A DNA stretch of 64,000 nt from Basidiobolus meristosporus CBS 931.73 (GCA_002104905.1 MCFE01000452.1:8930-72929), one strand, 5' to 3'. Numbered from the stretch's first letter, positions 12,251-26,400 are shown. Made by a program: numbers and translations. The notes: generated by a model not told the origin, from the sequence alone.

Positions 12251-12326
12251 TCACAGCGGTAGTTCAGCCTGAAGCAGTGCCCAGGAATATCCCAGAAGTG
12301 GTCATTCCGGCATTAAAATGTACTGT

Positions 12327-14621
12327 AGAGTGTTCCTCTGCTGTTACATTGCAAAATGGCTCAATACTTGGCTATGGCATGGAGCTACATAAGCTCCTTT
12401 TTTGCAGCAAAGATACTGCACTCTCTCCCTGGGATACTGCTTGCTCTACACCTTTTATCTGCTAATCCTGTATCTGGCCTATTTTCTGATTTCTCTAGGC
12501 CATTGATTCTATCCTATTGGCCACTATACCTAATTGCCTCATTAATGCTTTGGTATGAGCTGACCACATACTTACTAATCCAGGTGGTGGTGATTTATGG
12601 CAGCTGCTTGCTGGTCCTCAGCCAAGGGTACTGCGCTTGCTACATTCTCATCTGCCTGAGAATTATAGTTATTTTGTGGCTCCTCAAAGATTCTCATTTA
12701 CCTACTTGACTGGAAGCCAAAGGAGTCTGCATTATTACCTTAAATGGGCCCACCAACAACATGGTCTTTTTTGGATGTAGCTCTGCTTGTTGGACTGAAT
12801 GCCAAAGCAAGCTGTTGCTTAGCCATTATTCTACTGCTAACAATGGTGGAGTTTAGTTGGGAACCAGAAAACTTTGCATTAATTTTGGGTAGCATATGTA
12901 TGGAGGCAAGTTAAATCAAAGGGGAAACAGTGTTACTTATACATGTGTGTGTGGCATCACAACTTTATATATAATGCTTTCTATGGCAGGTCATCATTCA
13001 ATATTACATTCATATAGGTTCAATGTCTCCAATAAAAGACTGTGTTGGACTCACATGACAATTGACAAAGAAAGGTATGGATGTATTATAAGGATCCCAG
13101 ACAGTGTTTTGCCACACATATCATATTTGACCATTCATTAGTCACTATTGTGCCAACAAATCTTGTCAGCCACTTGATACTTCTATACAGGTACCAACCC
13201 ATGATTGTCACCTTGTGCAAACTGAGTCAGGTGATTTTGTGGCATATTTAGACTCACCTGAGCCTTCTGAATAAGGCATGCAGAGTGGTAGCTCTGAAGA
13301 AGAAGGCTCACTGATAGATTGTGGGCCTATATCCTCTAACCACAATACCCTGCATGAGCCCCTCCATATCCTAGTATGCAATGAGATATTACCCATAGAA
13401 AATAATGCCAAGGATACTTTGCAGTGCCAAGTGAGTGCAGCAATCCATCTACTGGTGAATGATGTGATTATGTGGTTAGAGAAGTGGAGTGTTTCCTCAA
13501 ATATTGATAACTGGGGTTTTGAGGATTCACTATTACTTCCTGCAAAAATCATTCTGGGATGCAGCTTACTTTGTGCATGGTACAGATGGTCAACCATCAT
13601 GTAGCTGGCAACATATGATGCAGAGTCTGTCCTGATGCTGGCATGTGTTAGCAGCTGCATGGAATTCACATCCAAAAATGCTACCATTGCAATGTGTCCA
13701 AATTGTCAGGAACACACCACAATTGTAGGAAAGCATTGTTCACATTCAGGATATATTCCAATAGTACACTGTCTAAATATGCTCAAGCAGTCTGGCAAAT
13801 ATTGTGAAGCCATAAAGTACCATACTCAGTATCAATCACACACAAACATTTTCAATTTACTTAATGGCAAACATTACAAACAGCTATGAAGCCAGGGCTA
13901 CTTTGATGGTGTATATAACCTTACCTTTGCCTTGATACTTCATACATTACCATTAAACAAGTACTCTACTGGCAAACCCTGCTGGCTACTGACTTTTGTC
14001 AACCCTAATCCACCACCTATTTTATGGTATAAGAGCAGAGATCTCATGGTAGTCTCACAAGTATCTGGGCCTAGCTAACCATCCAACTTAGACAGCTCCC
14101 TGTACTCATTGCTGTATGATTTTTATAAGCTTTCCAGCAGGATACTACTAAATAGTCATTATATCAAAGCACATATTATTATCTGCATTTCAGATACCCT
14201 AGCCATCAGTAGGTTAGCTGGCTTTTCTGGGTACAAGGGATGATTCTGCTGTCAATTGTGTGAGATCCAGGGGACTTACTTTGTATGTCACACACATTAT
14301 TATTATCCAAACTCCAATACTAAAGACATCATCTTCCCACAAAAGGAATGTACAAAAGTCAGCTTGCAATTGCAGCAAAGCTGATAAGCTATAGGATATT
14401 GGCCAGGATATGGAATTAATGGAAACTGGAGATACTTAAGATTAAGGTTATCTGTTGAAGCAAAAGCTTATCACTGGGAGCAATGCATTTGCTTTGTAGC
14501 AATATCCCTATGCTAATAATCAACTTGTACTTTGGGCATTTCAGACTGAATGAGCCCATTCAGTTGGCAGATATATTCAAACAAGTTAGCAAAATATTAC
14601 AGAATATCTGCTATCAAAAGT
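12327..14621 (+). mobile_element. CACTA-type copy C, left segment (host of copy B)
   Basis: Colinear with ~4795-7233 of copy A; breaks at the TSD AGT. Confidence 0.85.
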
Positions 14622-14983
14622 CCCTATGAAAAATAATTAGGTCCAGCAGATGAATCCAATCTGGATCAGCCGTCAAGATCCCATTTAGAGACCACCATAA
14701 TAACAGCAGCTTGGAATTAGCAACCCTCCTAACAATCTTATAATGGGATCATAACGGTGTTTTGCTAATTTGACAACCAATTAAAGGGTTAAACTTGACA
14801 ATATTTCATTGGTGCAGTGACAATATTTTGATGATATTGCTGTGGTCTTTCAGCACTCTATACCTGTTGTATGTGGATCCAGTTGGCTAGGACATCCAAT
14901 TGCCTTATATGGCAAGAAACTTAATGGTATTTTGATGGCCACACAGCAAAACTCTGATGGCTTTATATCAGCAGTATAACGGC

Positions 14984-17900
14984 CTACTGCTGGTTCTGTA
15001 TAATGCTACCATACCAATTTACCAAATTGTATTTCCTTTTTCTACCTCCCCTTGTGCAGTTTATATATTTCACTGTAGAATCACCCCTCTTTATTTGCTT
15101 ACCTACAACTACCTGGGGTATTCCACATAGAGTTGAATCAGAAAAAACTATGGCCTCCTGCTTACTAACCTCTACAAATGCGCACACCTGCCGCAATTGA
15201 CATACTTCTACCACATCAACTTTACAGCTTTTTAGTGTGATACTTGCAAAGTTGCCATATACCTTGTACTGCAGGTAGCATATACATCTTGCAAACATAT
15301 GCTTGGTTGTTGCCACTTCTGCCATGAATACCGCCTGAATTTCTGCAAAGTACTTCTTGGTATTTAGCCAATATATTCCTTCTCCCTGCTGGATTCTAAT
15401 CCCCTGTATAGGTGTTCTCTGGCTTTGTTTTTGTGAATTCCATATTGAAAGGTGTAGAAGTTGGCTTGTGACCATGAGAAATCTGGCATATCTTGGTAGG
15501 GTTTTCCTTATAAAAATTAGTTGCTTGTTGCACCCAACCCAACTTTGCATTACTTAACTGATAACCCATGCATTGGGGCTGCTTAGATTCTTAATGCCAT
15601 AGGCATAACTGTCTCCATGTGCACATTTGTCCTCAGTATTTTCCAACTCTTTCTGTCTGTCCTCCATGTGCTAACTCATCACATCCATGATGGACTTGAA
15701 GGTAATATTCTTGATGAGATTGGGATATGGTAGTACTTGCAACTTGACTTGTCTTCCTATCTTCCCACACACCTCCTCCATAAAAAACTCCCAAAAGGTG
15801 AAGCAAGGCCCAATACTCTCCACACACTGTGCAAGATGGAGTAGAGAATGGATACAGTAGTGGCAGAGATCTACATATTCAGCTTTATGTTTGTAGTATA
15901 GCCGCTCTAATCCTGTCACAAACTCCTCACAGAACAGCTGTAGATGCATCATATTGGCATTGGTCATGCGCTTCTGGATAAATATTCCTACAATGTCCAC
16001 ATATGACTCCCAATGCTTCCAGTGTACTCTTGGTAGGAATGGCTTCAGAACACCACTTGAACAAATAAATATCCAGTTCATCCAGTCTTTGCATTTGAAT
16101 TTTTGCATATGCATATGAATATTGTTTGGAGCCCATGATAAGTACTTAGGGTAGCAGGTACTGGGTAATATATTGCCAATGCATTCAAATTTTCTGGTAT
16201 CTCAAAGGGCTCATTTAGCTTGAAATACCACATGTACAACTTGGTCAACAGTATTGGGATATTGTTGAAAAGCAAATGCTTTGCTCCCAGTGGAAAGCTT
16301 TTGCACCAACAGATACCCTCTATCTTAAGTATCTCTGGTTTCCAATTCATTCTATATTCTGGCCAATGGCTTATAGCTTGCCAACTCTACTGCAAGTGCA
16401 TGCTTACTTCTGTACATTCTCTCTGTGGAAAGATGAGGTTCTTAGTGCTGGTGTTTGGATAATAATAATGGGTGTGAGTTATGGAGTAAATCCCCTGGAT
16501 CTCACACATTCAACAGCAATACTGTCCATTGTGCCCAGAAAAACCTGCTATCTTACTGATGGCTGGGGTATCTCCAATGCAGATAATAATATGTGCATTT
16601 ACATGATGGCCATTGACCGTTATCCTGCTGGAAAGCATACAAAGTTCATCCAGCAATGCATACAGGTAGCTATCCAGGTTGGATGGTGATTTAGGCTCAG
16701 ATACTGGTAAGACTACCATCAGATTATAGCTCTGATACTGTAAGATGGGCTGCAGATTCAGATAAATGAGAATCAGTGGCCTGCAGGATTTGCTGGTAGA
16801 GTACTTGTTTAATGAGAATCCATCAAGTGCTAAGGCAAAGGCATGGTCTTACATACCTTCAAAGTAGCCCTTGCTTCTTAGGTGTTTGTAATGTTTGCAA
16901 TGAATATATTGGTTACATTTGCGCTTGCTTGATACTGAGTGTGGTACTGTATAGCTTTGCAGTATTTGTTGGACTGCATCAGCTTCCTCAGATGGGGTAT
17001 GACCGGAATATATACATAGTGTGAACAATGTTTTCCCTCAATGGTGGTGGATTCCTGACAATTTGGACACATTGCAATGGTAGCATTTTTGGATGTGAAT
17101 GCCATGCAACTGTTAACACATGCTGGAATCAGGACAGTCTCTGGATCATATGTTGCAAGCTGCATGACAGTTGTCCACTTGTACCATGTACATGGTAAGT
17201 TGCATCCTGGTATGATTTTGGCAAGAAGTAGTATCAAATCCTCAAAGCCCCCATTGCGGTGTGGTGGTGTATAGGTCCAAGGGAGAGATACATCCAACAC
17301 TTCTCAAGTGTTTTGTGTGTGGGGTGTTCACTGGGTGCGATAACCTCTGGCAAAAGCTTGCTAGGAATACTTGGGTTCTGTTTCTAATCTAATATGAAGG
17401 GGAATAAAGCCACAAGCTTGTCAAGGGAAAACTATTGAGCTACAATCCCCAACTTAATTAGCGTCTTAACAAAAGTATGTGCTGGGTTCAGCGTCCTTTG
17501 AGATGACAATGTACTAAAGCTTCCAAAGTCAAAACAACTGTAAACTCCTCCAGCAGGGACTTGATAAGAATGCAGCTGTGGTCAATAGTTACAAAGACAG
17601 AAAAGTATCTTTGCCTGTAGAAGAACAAACTTGGGAAAGAATCAAATATGATAAAAGATACCTACTCTGAGTATTCCTTGCAAGTAGTGCCTCCAAGGTC
17701 AGTTGGCTGTCAGCACGGTTTCCTGGGAGTGTCCTATGGTCTGGGGTTGGAAGTTCAGGTAGCAGCAGGTAGCAGTGATCACACTAATCAACAAGTTGGT
17801 ATATTGATAAAAGGGATGATGATTTATTGTTGAGGGATAGCCTCCCTTATATACTTTTCTTACCGGCTAAGTGATTACTAATCATGGTGTTCCAGAAGGT

Positions 17901-18860
17901 TCCAGATATCAATAGAAATCTTAATGACATCAGAATGACCTAAGAATGCTCTAAGTATGTGCCGGAAGGTTCTAAGAGGCACAGCACATCCAACCAATCA
18001 GGAATCAGTATTCTGAAACCTGTGTAACATGGGGATACCATATATGGTATGGCAATGTTAGGGATGGTGACACGGGTTGATCATGTGTCACAGGTACTGG
18101 CACGGGTACTTGCCTAACATAGAAGTACTTATAGCTAGTAATCTTACATAAAGTGAGGGGTAACTTATGCAATAAGGTAAGCAGGTGTGATAGTCAACCG
18201 GCTTATGGGATAGTACTGATTGGGTAAGACAAATGGGATAAAACTAAAATAAGTGTAGTAGAGATATAGGCAAGTAGAAAATAAGGGTATGAGCACATCT
18301 GTCAGTGGGTGTCACTGTCACCCCATTACAGTGGATGTTAGTGGAAACGTGCCACTTTTCTAGCCACAAAATTACATCATTCACCAGTAAATGGATTACT
18401 AGGCTTACTTGTCTCCATAGAGTATCCTTGGCATTTGTTTTAACAAGTGTTGTCTCATTGCACATAGGGATTTGACCAGCTCATATGTGGTACTTTTGTT
18501 AGGGGAGGTAGGCTCAAAATCAATCAGTAAACCTTCTTTGTCAGAGCTATCACTCTGCATGCCATATTCAGAAGGCTGAGGTGAGACTAAAGGTGTCACA
18601 AACTCAACTGACTCAGTTTGCGCAAGGTGACCAAGATGGCCAGGTGATGATATAGAAGTATCAACCGGCTGGCAAGATAATGTTGGCACAGTAGAGACCA
18701 ATGAATGATCATATATGACTTGGGTGGCAAAACACTGGCTGTGATCCTTGTAACACTTCCTATACTGTCTGCATGCATTATGGCTGAGAGGCTTGCCACA
18801 ATAGACACATGCACTTTTTTCTCTTCTTTTAAAGCATTGGGTCAAAGTAGTCCTGTCCAT
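14984..18860 (-). pseudogene. transposase of copy B, decayed and interrupted by a solo LTR
   Basis: ORF pieces 18405-18860, 16878-17259, 15671-16114 and 14984-15550 are homologous to 5589-8394. Confidence 0.8.
17260..18330. mobile_element. solo LTR of an otherwise unrepresented retrotransposon family (1071 bp)
   Basis: TGTGGTGG...CCCCATTACA termini; 4-bp TSD GCGG/GTGG; precisely interrupts the transposase. Confidence 0.75.
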
Positions 18861-19083
18861 GAGGCAAACAGTTTGACCTTCAACAACATAATGCTATTAT
18901 ATTACCTTTTGGTCAATACTCATGTGAGTTTAAAACAGTCTTGTATTTGAGACATTGCATCTACATGAATGTAAGATTCAATGATGACCTGCCATAGAAA
19001 GCATTATAAATAAAGTTGTGGCGCCACATACACACATATATGTAACACTATTTCCCCTTTGGTTTGACTCACTTCCATATATA

Positions 19084-21019
19084 TACTGCCACAAAATAAA
19101 GCAAAGCTGTCTGGTTCTCAACCAAACCCCACTGATGATGGCAACAGTAGAACAGTTGAACAACAGCTTGCTTTGACACTCAGTGCAACAAGCAGGGCTA
19201 TATCCAAAAAAGGTCCTGTGGACAGTGTGCCCATTGAAGTTAATAATGCGGACTGCTCAGGCTCTCTGTCAAGTAGGCAATTGAGAACCTCTGCAGACCC
19301 ACCAGCTGACTGTTATGCTTAGGTAGATGAGAATGTGGCAAATGCAGTACCCTCAATTGAAGATCAGCAAGTGGCCATGGTAACATCACCACCACCCATA
19401 TTAGCAAGTATGTTGTCAGCTCATACCAAAGCATTAATGAGGCAATTTGGTGCAGTGGCTTATAGGATAGATTCAATGGCCCAGAGAAATCAGGAAATAG
19501 TCCGGAAACAGAATGAGTAGATAATACATATAGAGAAATCAGTATCCAGGTAGAGAATACAGTATCTTTGCTGCAAAGAACAAACTCAAGTTGCTCAATG
19601 TCACAGCCAAGAATTGAGCCATTTCCCAATGTAACAGCAGAGGAACACCATACAGTCTTTGAAGCACAACATCAGTGCGCAAAGATAAAGCCCACAGAAG
19701 AACCTGTCACAGCTAGGGAGGGAGTCAATGTAGTGTTTATACCAAAGCCTAAAAATCAAAAGAACTTGAAGATCTGTGAAGCTGTTGAGTGCAATAATGA
19801 AGAGTGGACTAATATACAAGAGGTCATCAGAAGCCTAGCACACCATCACCTTAAGGCCAGCATACCATGGGATCATCAGGAACTTGAGGCTAAGCAGAAA
19901 GCACTTGATTTGTTCCATGAGCATTGTCCTAAATTCTAGCGGGCAAACAGATTTAGAGCCAGCATTGGTATGCTAAGAAAGTATCTTAAGAATAGTAGAA
20001 ACTATCAAACGCAGAAGAACAAGGGTGCCATGGCTAAAAACCAGCAGCTTCCTCAAGAGCCCATTACAAGCAGGGCCAAACACTCCAGATGAGCATCAAA
20101 GAGATGTCAGGTAGCTGGAAGAGTGCCAACTAGGAACAAGCAGGCAGACACAGATGCACCAGCACAACATTTATCAAGGAAAAAGTATAGTACCACTCAA
20201 GAAGCACACAGTCAAAGTAGCAGTGAAGGACATGGCATTGATAAAAACCAGCCGCTTTTACCGGAGCCTGTCACAAATACAATTGAGAGCTCAAACCAAG
20301 TGGAAAAGAAACGTCAGGTGGTCAGAAGAGTTCCAGCAAGGGACAAGCAGGCCAAAACAGATGTGTCAGAGCAGAATTTATTCAGGAGAAAACATAGTTT
20401 TTTACAAGAAGCACTCAGACAAAGTAGTAGTCAAAGACCTGGCAGTGATAAAGGAAAAGGTAAAGGGAAAAATTTCTACCTTAGCCTGAGACAGGGAGGC
20501 ATGCAAAAAAAACTGCAGTTCTTGCCAATTAATGCTGCAAGCCAGGAACAGACTGAATGCCATCACAGCCAAGAATAATTACCAACAAGAAAACAGCTGT
20601 TTTCAGAAGAGTTGGAATTGCAGCCAGTTGAACTACACTCCAGCAAGGTAGATGAGTTTGCTGAAAAAGGCGGTTCATCTACCACAGCCTCCATTATTGA
20701 CAGAATGAAGGTCCCACTGACAGACAAGGCTACCACATCAACAGCTTGAAAGACTATCACAATGCCTTCAGTGGAGTTTTAGAACATTAATAGGCACACC
20801 AAGAGGTTGCAACATTTCTTCAAGAGCAGTGCTCAAGAAAAAGCACTGGAATATTGCAAGGATTTATTGCAAAGCCTGGCAGATGCGGAGCTAGACCTTG
20901 CAGTGCCAGATGAAGACCAGGATGTGTGGGAACCAGTGAATGAACAGTGGTGTAAAGCCATTGGGTTCCTGCCAAAGTTGTGGAATCAGTGCATTTCAGC
21001 AGAAATACTTATTGAGTAG
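19084..21019 (+). pseudogene. accessory ORF2 of copy B, divergent from the transposase
   Basis: ORF pieces 19568-19939, 20123-20578 and 20807-21019 are colinear with the copy A minus-strand ORF2; contains an internal ~205-bp tandem duplication. Confidence 0.6.
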
Positions 21020-21473
21020 TGGATTTGAATGGAGTTACTTGTTGAGTGTGGGGTTGGGCTTAATGTTAGTGTAGGGTATGGAGCCTTGTGTAGGTCAATA
21101 CAATTGGCAGATGAGGTACAACTGAAGTTTTTATGGAAATAAATCAATTTGTATGTGTGAAAAGTAAGAGAAACAGTTGAGTCAGGAAATAAGGAGTGTA
21201 AAAGAGAGGCAATAGCCAATCAATTCACACAAATGTAAGAGGCAATAGAGTGTCTGGGATCAGAAAGTAAGCAAATTGGCAGTGAGCCAATCAAAAATCA
21301 CTTATACATTTTGGTGATGAAAAATTTTGCCCAAGTTTTTTGTGAAATCTAGGGTGCAATTATTTTTTAACGGCCTATGGACAGTGTCCCAACAAGATCA
21401 GTACCTTTTAGTCACAGGACTTTAACTTTGTGATGGCCTTTTGAAGGGATCATCTCAATAATTTTTTGTAGGG

Positions 21474-23366
21474 AGTACTTCTTATGGGCTCCAATTCATA
21501 TTCATACCCATATGCAATAGTGCAAATACAAGAACTGGATGAACTCTATGTATATTAATTCAAATGACCCTCTGAAACCACTTCTACCAAAAGTACATTG
21601 GAAGCATTGGAAGTCATATGTTGGCATAGTTGGAAAATTTATCCAGAGTTGGACTTCCACTACCAAACTGACACTTCAGCAGCCTTTATATAAGAAGTTT
21701 GTAATGGGATTTGAGCAGCTATACTATGGGTGTAAAGCTCAATGCATGGATTGCTACCATCACTGTATCCATTCCCTACTCCATCTTGCTTAGTGTATGG
21801 TAAATATTGGGCCTTGCTTTTGTTACAAGTCTTGGTATAAGAGTTGTAGAGGAATAGGGAGTTTAGCTAGTATTGTATTCACTAAAACTTGAACTGATTT
21901 TTATTGAGGTTCCAGCAGCTCCTTATATACATTTTGCCAGATCAATTGCTGACTAATTGTATTTCCTAATGTAGGTTGTGGCTGATGACTCATTTGATTG
22001 CATCATCATCACCCAATAAGATCCTACTTAATATATCTATTTCTGTCTGATAAGGATCTGCTGATTCATTTGCTGACTAATGCTACTGATTTCATAGATA
22101 ATACTGATATACTGATAACCTAAACATATACTAATTGATTTGACTAAATACTGATCAAATTTACACATTCAAGCAGCAGATCATAACACTTAGCCTTCTG
22201 AGGTTTCCTATTGAGCAGATATATGGCAAGATAGGAAGACAAGTCAAGTTGCGGGTACTACTCTAACGCAATTTAATCAAGATTATTACCTTCAAGTCTG
22301 TCCTAAATGCGATGAGTTAGCACATGGTGGACAGGCAGCAGGAGTTGTAAATTACCAAGGATAGGTCTTCACAATGAAACACTTACACCTTTGGCAGTTA
22401 AAAGCTACACAGCCCCAATGTGTGGGTAACTAGTTAATTAATACAAAGTTGGTTTGGGCTCAACAAGCAACCAATTTTTACTAAGACCACTTTACCAATC
22501 TATGCCAGGTATCTCCTGGTTACAAGTTAATTTCCACACCACTCAATAAAGAACTCACATGAACAAGAGCCAGAGTGCACCTATAAGGGGGACTAAAGTT
22601 CAGCAGGGAGGAGTAATATATTGATTAAATACAAAGAGGTTTATGGTGGATATTCAGGAGGTATTTATGGCAAAAGTGGCAGCAACCCAGTATAAGCTTG
22701 CAATATGTATATATTACCAGCAATACAAGGTATGTTGCAACTTTGCAAGTATCACACTAAAAACCCCAAAGTTGAAGTGAATGAAGTGTGTCAATTGGGG
22801 CAGGTGTGCAGGTATGGAGAGGGTAGTAAGCCAAAGGCCGTAGTTCTTTTTGATTCAACCTATAGGTGGACCACCTAAGGTGATAGTGGGTAAGCAATTA
22901 AAGAGGGGTGATTCTACAGTGGAATATGTGAGCATTGCAGGTGGAGGTAGAAAAAGAAAACACCGTTTGGTAAATTGGTATTGTAGCAGTATACAGAGCT
23001 ATCTGTAGGCCACTGTACTGCTACTTAATGCCAGCAGAGATTTGCAATGTGGCCGTCAGAATACTATGAAGTTTCTTGCCATAAATAGCAATTGGATGTA
23101 TTGGCCAGCTAGGTCTGCTGAAATAAGTTAAGAGAGCATTAATACTGTTGGAATGCCAGGTAGTACTTGTCAAAGGACAACAAAAACACTCTCAAGTTTT
23201 TACTTATTTGGCAATATAATCTGCAAGATGCCAACTCATTCCTACCGTATGATTATATGGAGGGTCATTAATTTCAAGCTGCCAACATTGTGACAGACTA
23301 CTTGCAGGATCATGATGGCTGGTCTGGAATTGATCCACCTGGGGGATAAAAGCATTTTTCATAGAG
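21474..23366 (+). mobile_element. CACTA-type copy C, right segment
   Basis: Resumes the transposase after the TSD; ends ATTTTTCATAGAG, a decayed terminus. Confidence 0.85.
21821..22188 (-). mobile_element. solo LTR of the gypsy family (368 bp)
   Basis: Reverse complement of the 42514-42881 LTR; imperfect 4-bp TSD CTTT/CTTA. Confidence 0.9.
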
Positions 23367-23479
23367 ACAGCCAGTATTGATCCAGAAGAATTAAACTTGG
23401 CTGCCAGAGCAACATTCCTGGTATAGTTAAGTCCTTTAACTTGAGAACTTTCTTTAGCCACTAGTCTATATATATATAA

Positions 23480-26400
23480 ATGTAGAGCAATCAACATCAT
23501 AGGTAGAGAGTGGAGTATCTTTGCTGCAATGAAGGAACTCAAGTAGTTGAGTGTCACAGCTCAGAATAAAGATACTTCCCAATGTAACAGCAGAGACACA
23601 CCATAGAGCCTTTGAATTACAGCAATGGTGCCCAAAGCATAGGCTAATACTCTAGAGGCCATTAGAAGTCAAGCATGGTATCATCTGAAGGCCATAATAC
23701 ACAAAGCTTACCCATGCTAGATATATTCAACCAAAATAAAAAATATGTGGTTCACACCAATTAACATCTTAAGTTCAGAACAGGCTGATTCCCTTCATAG
23801 CCACAAAGAATCTGCTAAAACAAAAGCTGCTGTCTCAAGAGTTGAAAGTGTAGCCAGTTGATGCGCACTCCAGTGAGATAGATGAGCTTGCAGAGAATGG
23901 CAATTTGTCTATCACAATCTCCACACCCTCCATTGTAGACAGAGTGCAGATCACACTGATAGACCAATCAACAATGTCAAGAGCTTGAAAGACTATTGCA
24001 ATGTCTACTGTCAGCTTGGAGGCAATAATAGGCTCAGCAAAAGGTTGCAGCACTTCTTCACAAGCAGTTCTTGAAAAAATGCACTCCAATAGAGCAAGAA
24101 TACATTGCAAAAACTGGCAGATGAGGTGCCAGATCTTGCAGTGCCAGATGAAGACCACAACTTATGGAAACCAGTGAAAGGATAATGGCACAAAGCCATG
24201 TGGTTCTTGCTAAAGTCATGGAATAAGTGCATTTTGGCTGATATACTTATTGAATGGTAGACCATGATGGAGTTGCTTGCTAAGCATGAAGCTGGGCCTA
24301 GTAATAGTGCTGGGTAGAATGATTTGTATAGGTCTGTACAACCTGAAAGCAAGCTCTAGCCAAAGATTGAACAAAGATAAACCAGTTTATGCATGAAAAG
24401 TAATAGCATTGTTTCAATTACAGAGTAAGTATTGTGCAAAAGAAGCAATGTTCTACTAATGTAGACAAATGTAGGAGGTGATTGAATGTCTTGGATCCAT
24501 AGTGAGACAATTGTCAGAATGCTAATCAACAGCCACTTGGGTATTGCTATGATAAAAAATCTGATCAAGTTTTTATCAAGTCTGAAATGTAATTTTTTCT
24601 CCATGGTCTTTGCATAGTGTCCAAATAGCATCAATACCCCTCACTCACTGGATTTAAGATTTGTGACAGACTTTTAACTGGATTATCACATTTATTCTTC
24701 ATTGGGGCTGCTGCAATATGACCAGATTCATAAATCTGACTAGACTTGTCCTGATGGATGATGCCATATGGCGGCAGCCAGTTTGTAATACCCAGTCAAG
24801 CTGGCACCTTATGGCATTACTTTGCACAAGATTTTTTACAATGATGCCAGCGGTAGGATTTAGTTATTTGTAATTTTGGTTAATCTGGCTTGGGTTGTTT
24901 GGAAGGGTGCTTTTCTAGCTTTATTTACTCTGCATAATGCTCCAGACACAGGAATAGATAAGGAAGCTGGGTGCAAGCAACTGGATATGAAGCTTGTGCT
25001 GTTCAGATCAGGTGTGTCTGTTGATGTCTCCACTTTGGGAGCAAAGTGCAATTTGAATGAATAAAGGCCTGAAATGACTGTTTTATTTTTCCAGCATCCT
25101 GATACTGTCAATACCTCTTAGTTACAATATTTTAACTTTGTGCTGGTCTTTTGACAGGATACTCATACTTCAATTACATCAGAGTAGTGATTGGTAATCC
25201 TTGGCTAAGGCTTGTGAGACAAAACACTAATAGTAATCCTTGTAATACTTCTTATGCCATCTGCATGTTGCATGAGCAAGAGACTTGTTACATTAGCCAC
25301 ATGATCTCTTTTCTCTACTTGTACGGTGTGGAAGCAAAAAAGTCTTGTCCATGGGGCAGATAGTTTGCCACTTAACAACAAAGCCCCATTTTATGACTTT
25401 TTGAACAATACTCATGTGAATGTGTGACAGTTTTATACCTGATACATTGCACCAGCGTGATTATGAGATTCAATGCTAACCCACCATATATAGCCTTGTA
25501 GTTGAATCTGTGGTACCACCTATATGCATATTTGTACCACTATAACCCTTTAGCTGGACTCACCTCTATACACATGCTACAAAGAATATATCTCAGTTGG
25601 CTAGTTCCCAACCAAACTACACCACACTTAATTGCTAGCTTTGACATTCAGTGCAACAAGTAGGGCTACAACCAATAAAGACCATATTACAACTTTTAAA
25701 GTATTTGAAATGATCCCATCAAAGAGATGTCATGACAGCCTTAGAGTGTTGCCATGCTAGAGATCCTACAGCCTCTTTACATTGGTTCATTTGTGAACAA
25801 AGCACTGAATAGCTTCACTGATCTTTCATGTCTTTTTGATATATGGGCTGGGGTTCAAAGTTCAAGGTCTCACACTCACATGCAGCATTGGGTTTTTTAC
25901 TGCAATCTATCCATGAATATTGCCGTTATGCTTCAAGGACTTTGTGGTATGCTTCTGCTGTTAAAATGGGAAAAAGCTTAATTCTTGGCTGTGACATTGA
26001 GCTACATGAGTTCCTTCTTTGCAGCATAACAGTGAATTATCCACCAGGGATATTCATCACTCTATATTAAGTCTCTGCTCCTCCTATTTCTATACTTTTC
26101 ATGACTTTGCTGAGCCATTTCACCTATCCTATTAGCCACAGCACCCAATTGTCATACTGATGTGTTAGTATAAGCTGAAAATATATTGATAGTGCTGGTG
26201 CTGCAAGGCCATGATTGTAATTTGCTGATCTTACACTGGAGGTATTGCATTTGCCACATTTTCATCTGCATAAGCATCATGGACAACTTCCTGCTTCACA
26301 GAGATTTCAACTGCACACTTGACTAAGAGCCTGAGGAGTCTGCATTGCTACCTGGTGTGGGCACACTATCATAGTAGTCTTCTTTGAATGAGGCTTTGCT

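Larger units (their letters stand above)
14622..21473 (-). mobile_element. complete CACTA/EnSpm-type element, copy B, with CCCTA termini and 3-bp TSD
   Basis: Left end CCCTATGAAAAATAATT; right end (reverse complement) CCCTACAAAAAATTATT; AGT at 14619-14621 and 21474-21476; removing the element restores copy C's transposase sequence. Confidence 0.92.

Noticed and set aside
20100-20460. ~205-bp direct repeats as a CRISPR-like or regulatory array
   Set aside because: Only two diverged units with no spacers, inside ORF2 and present in the other copies of the element.
21340-21354. CCCTAGATTTC as the terminus of copy B
   Set aside because: No TSD there; the true end is at 21473, where AGT is duplicated and the host transposase resumes.
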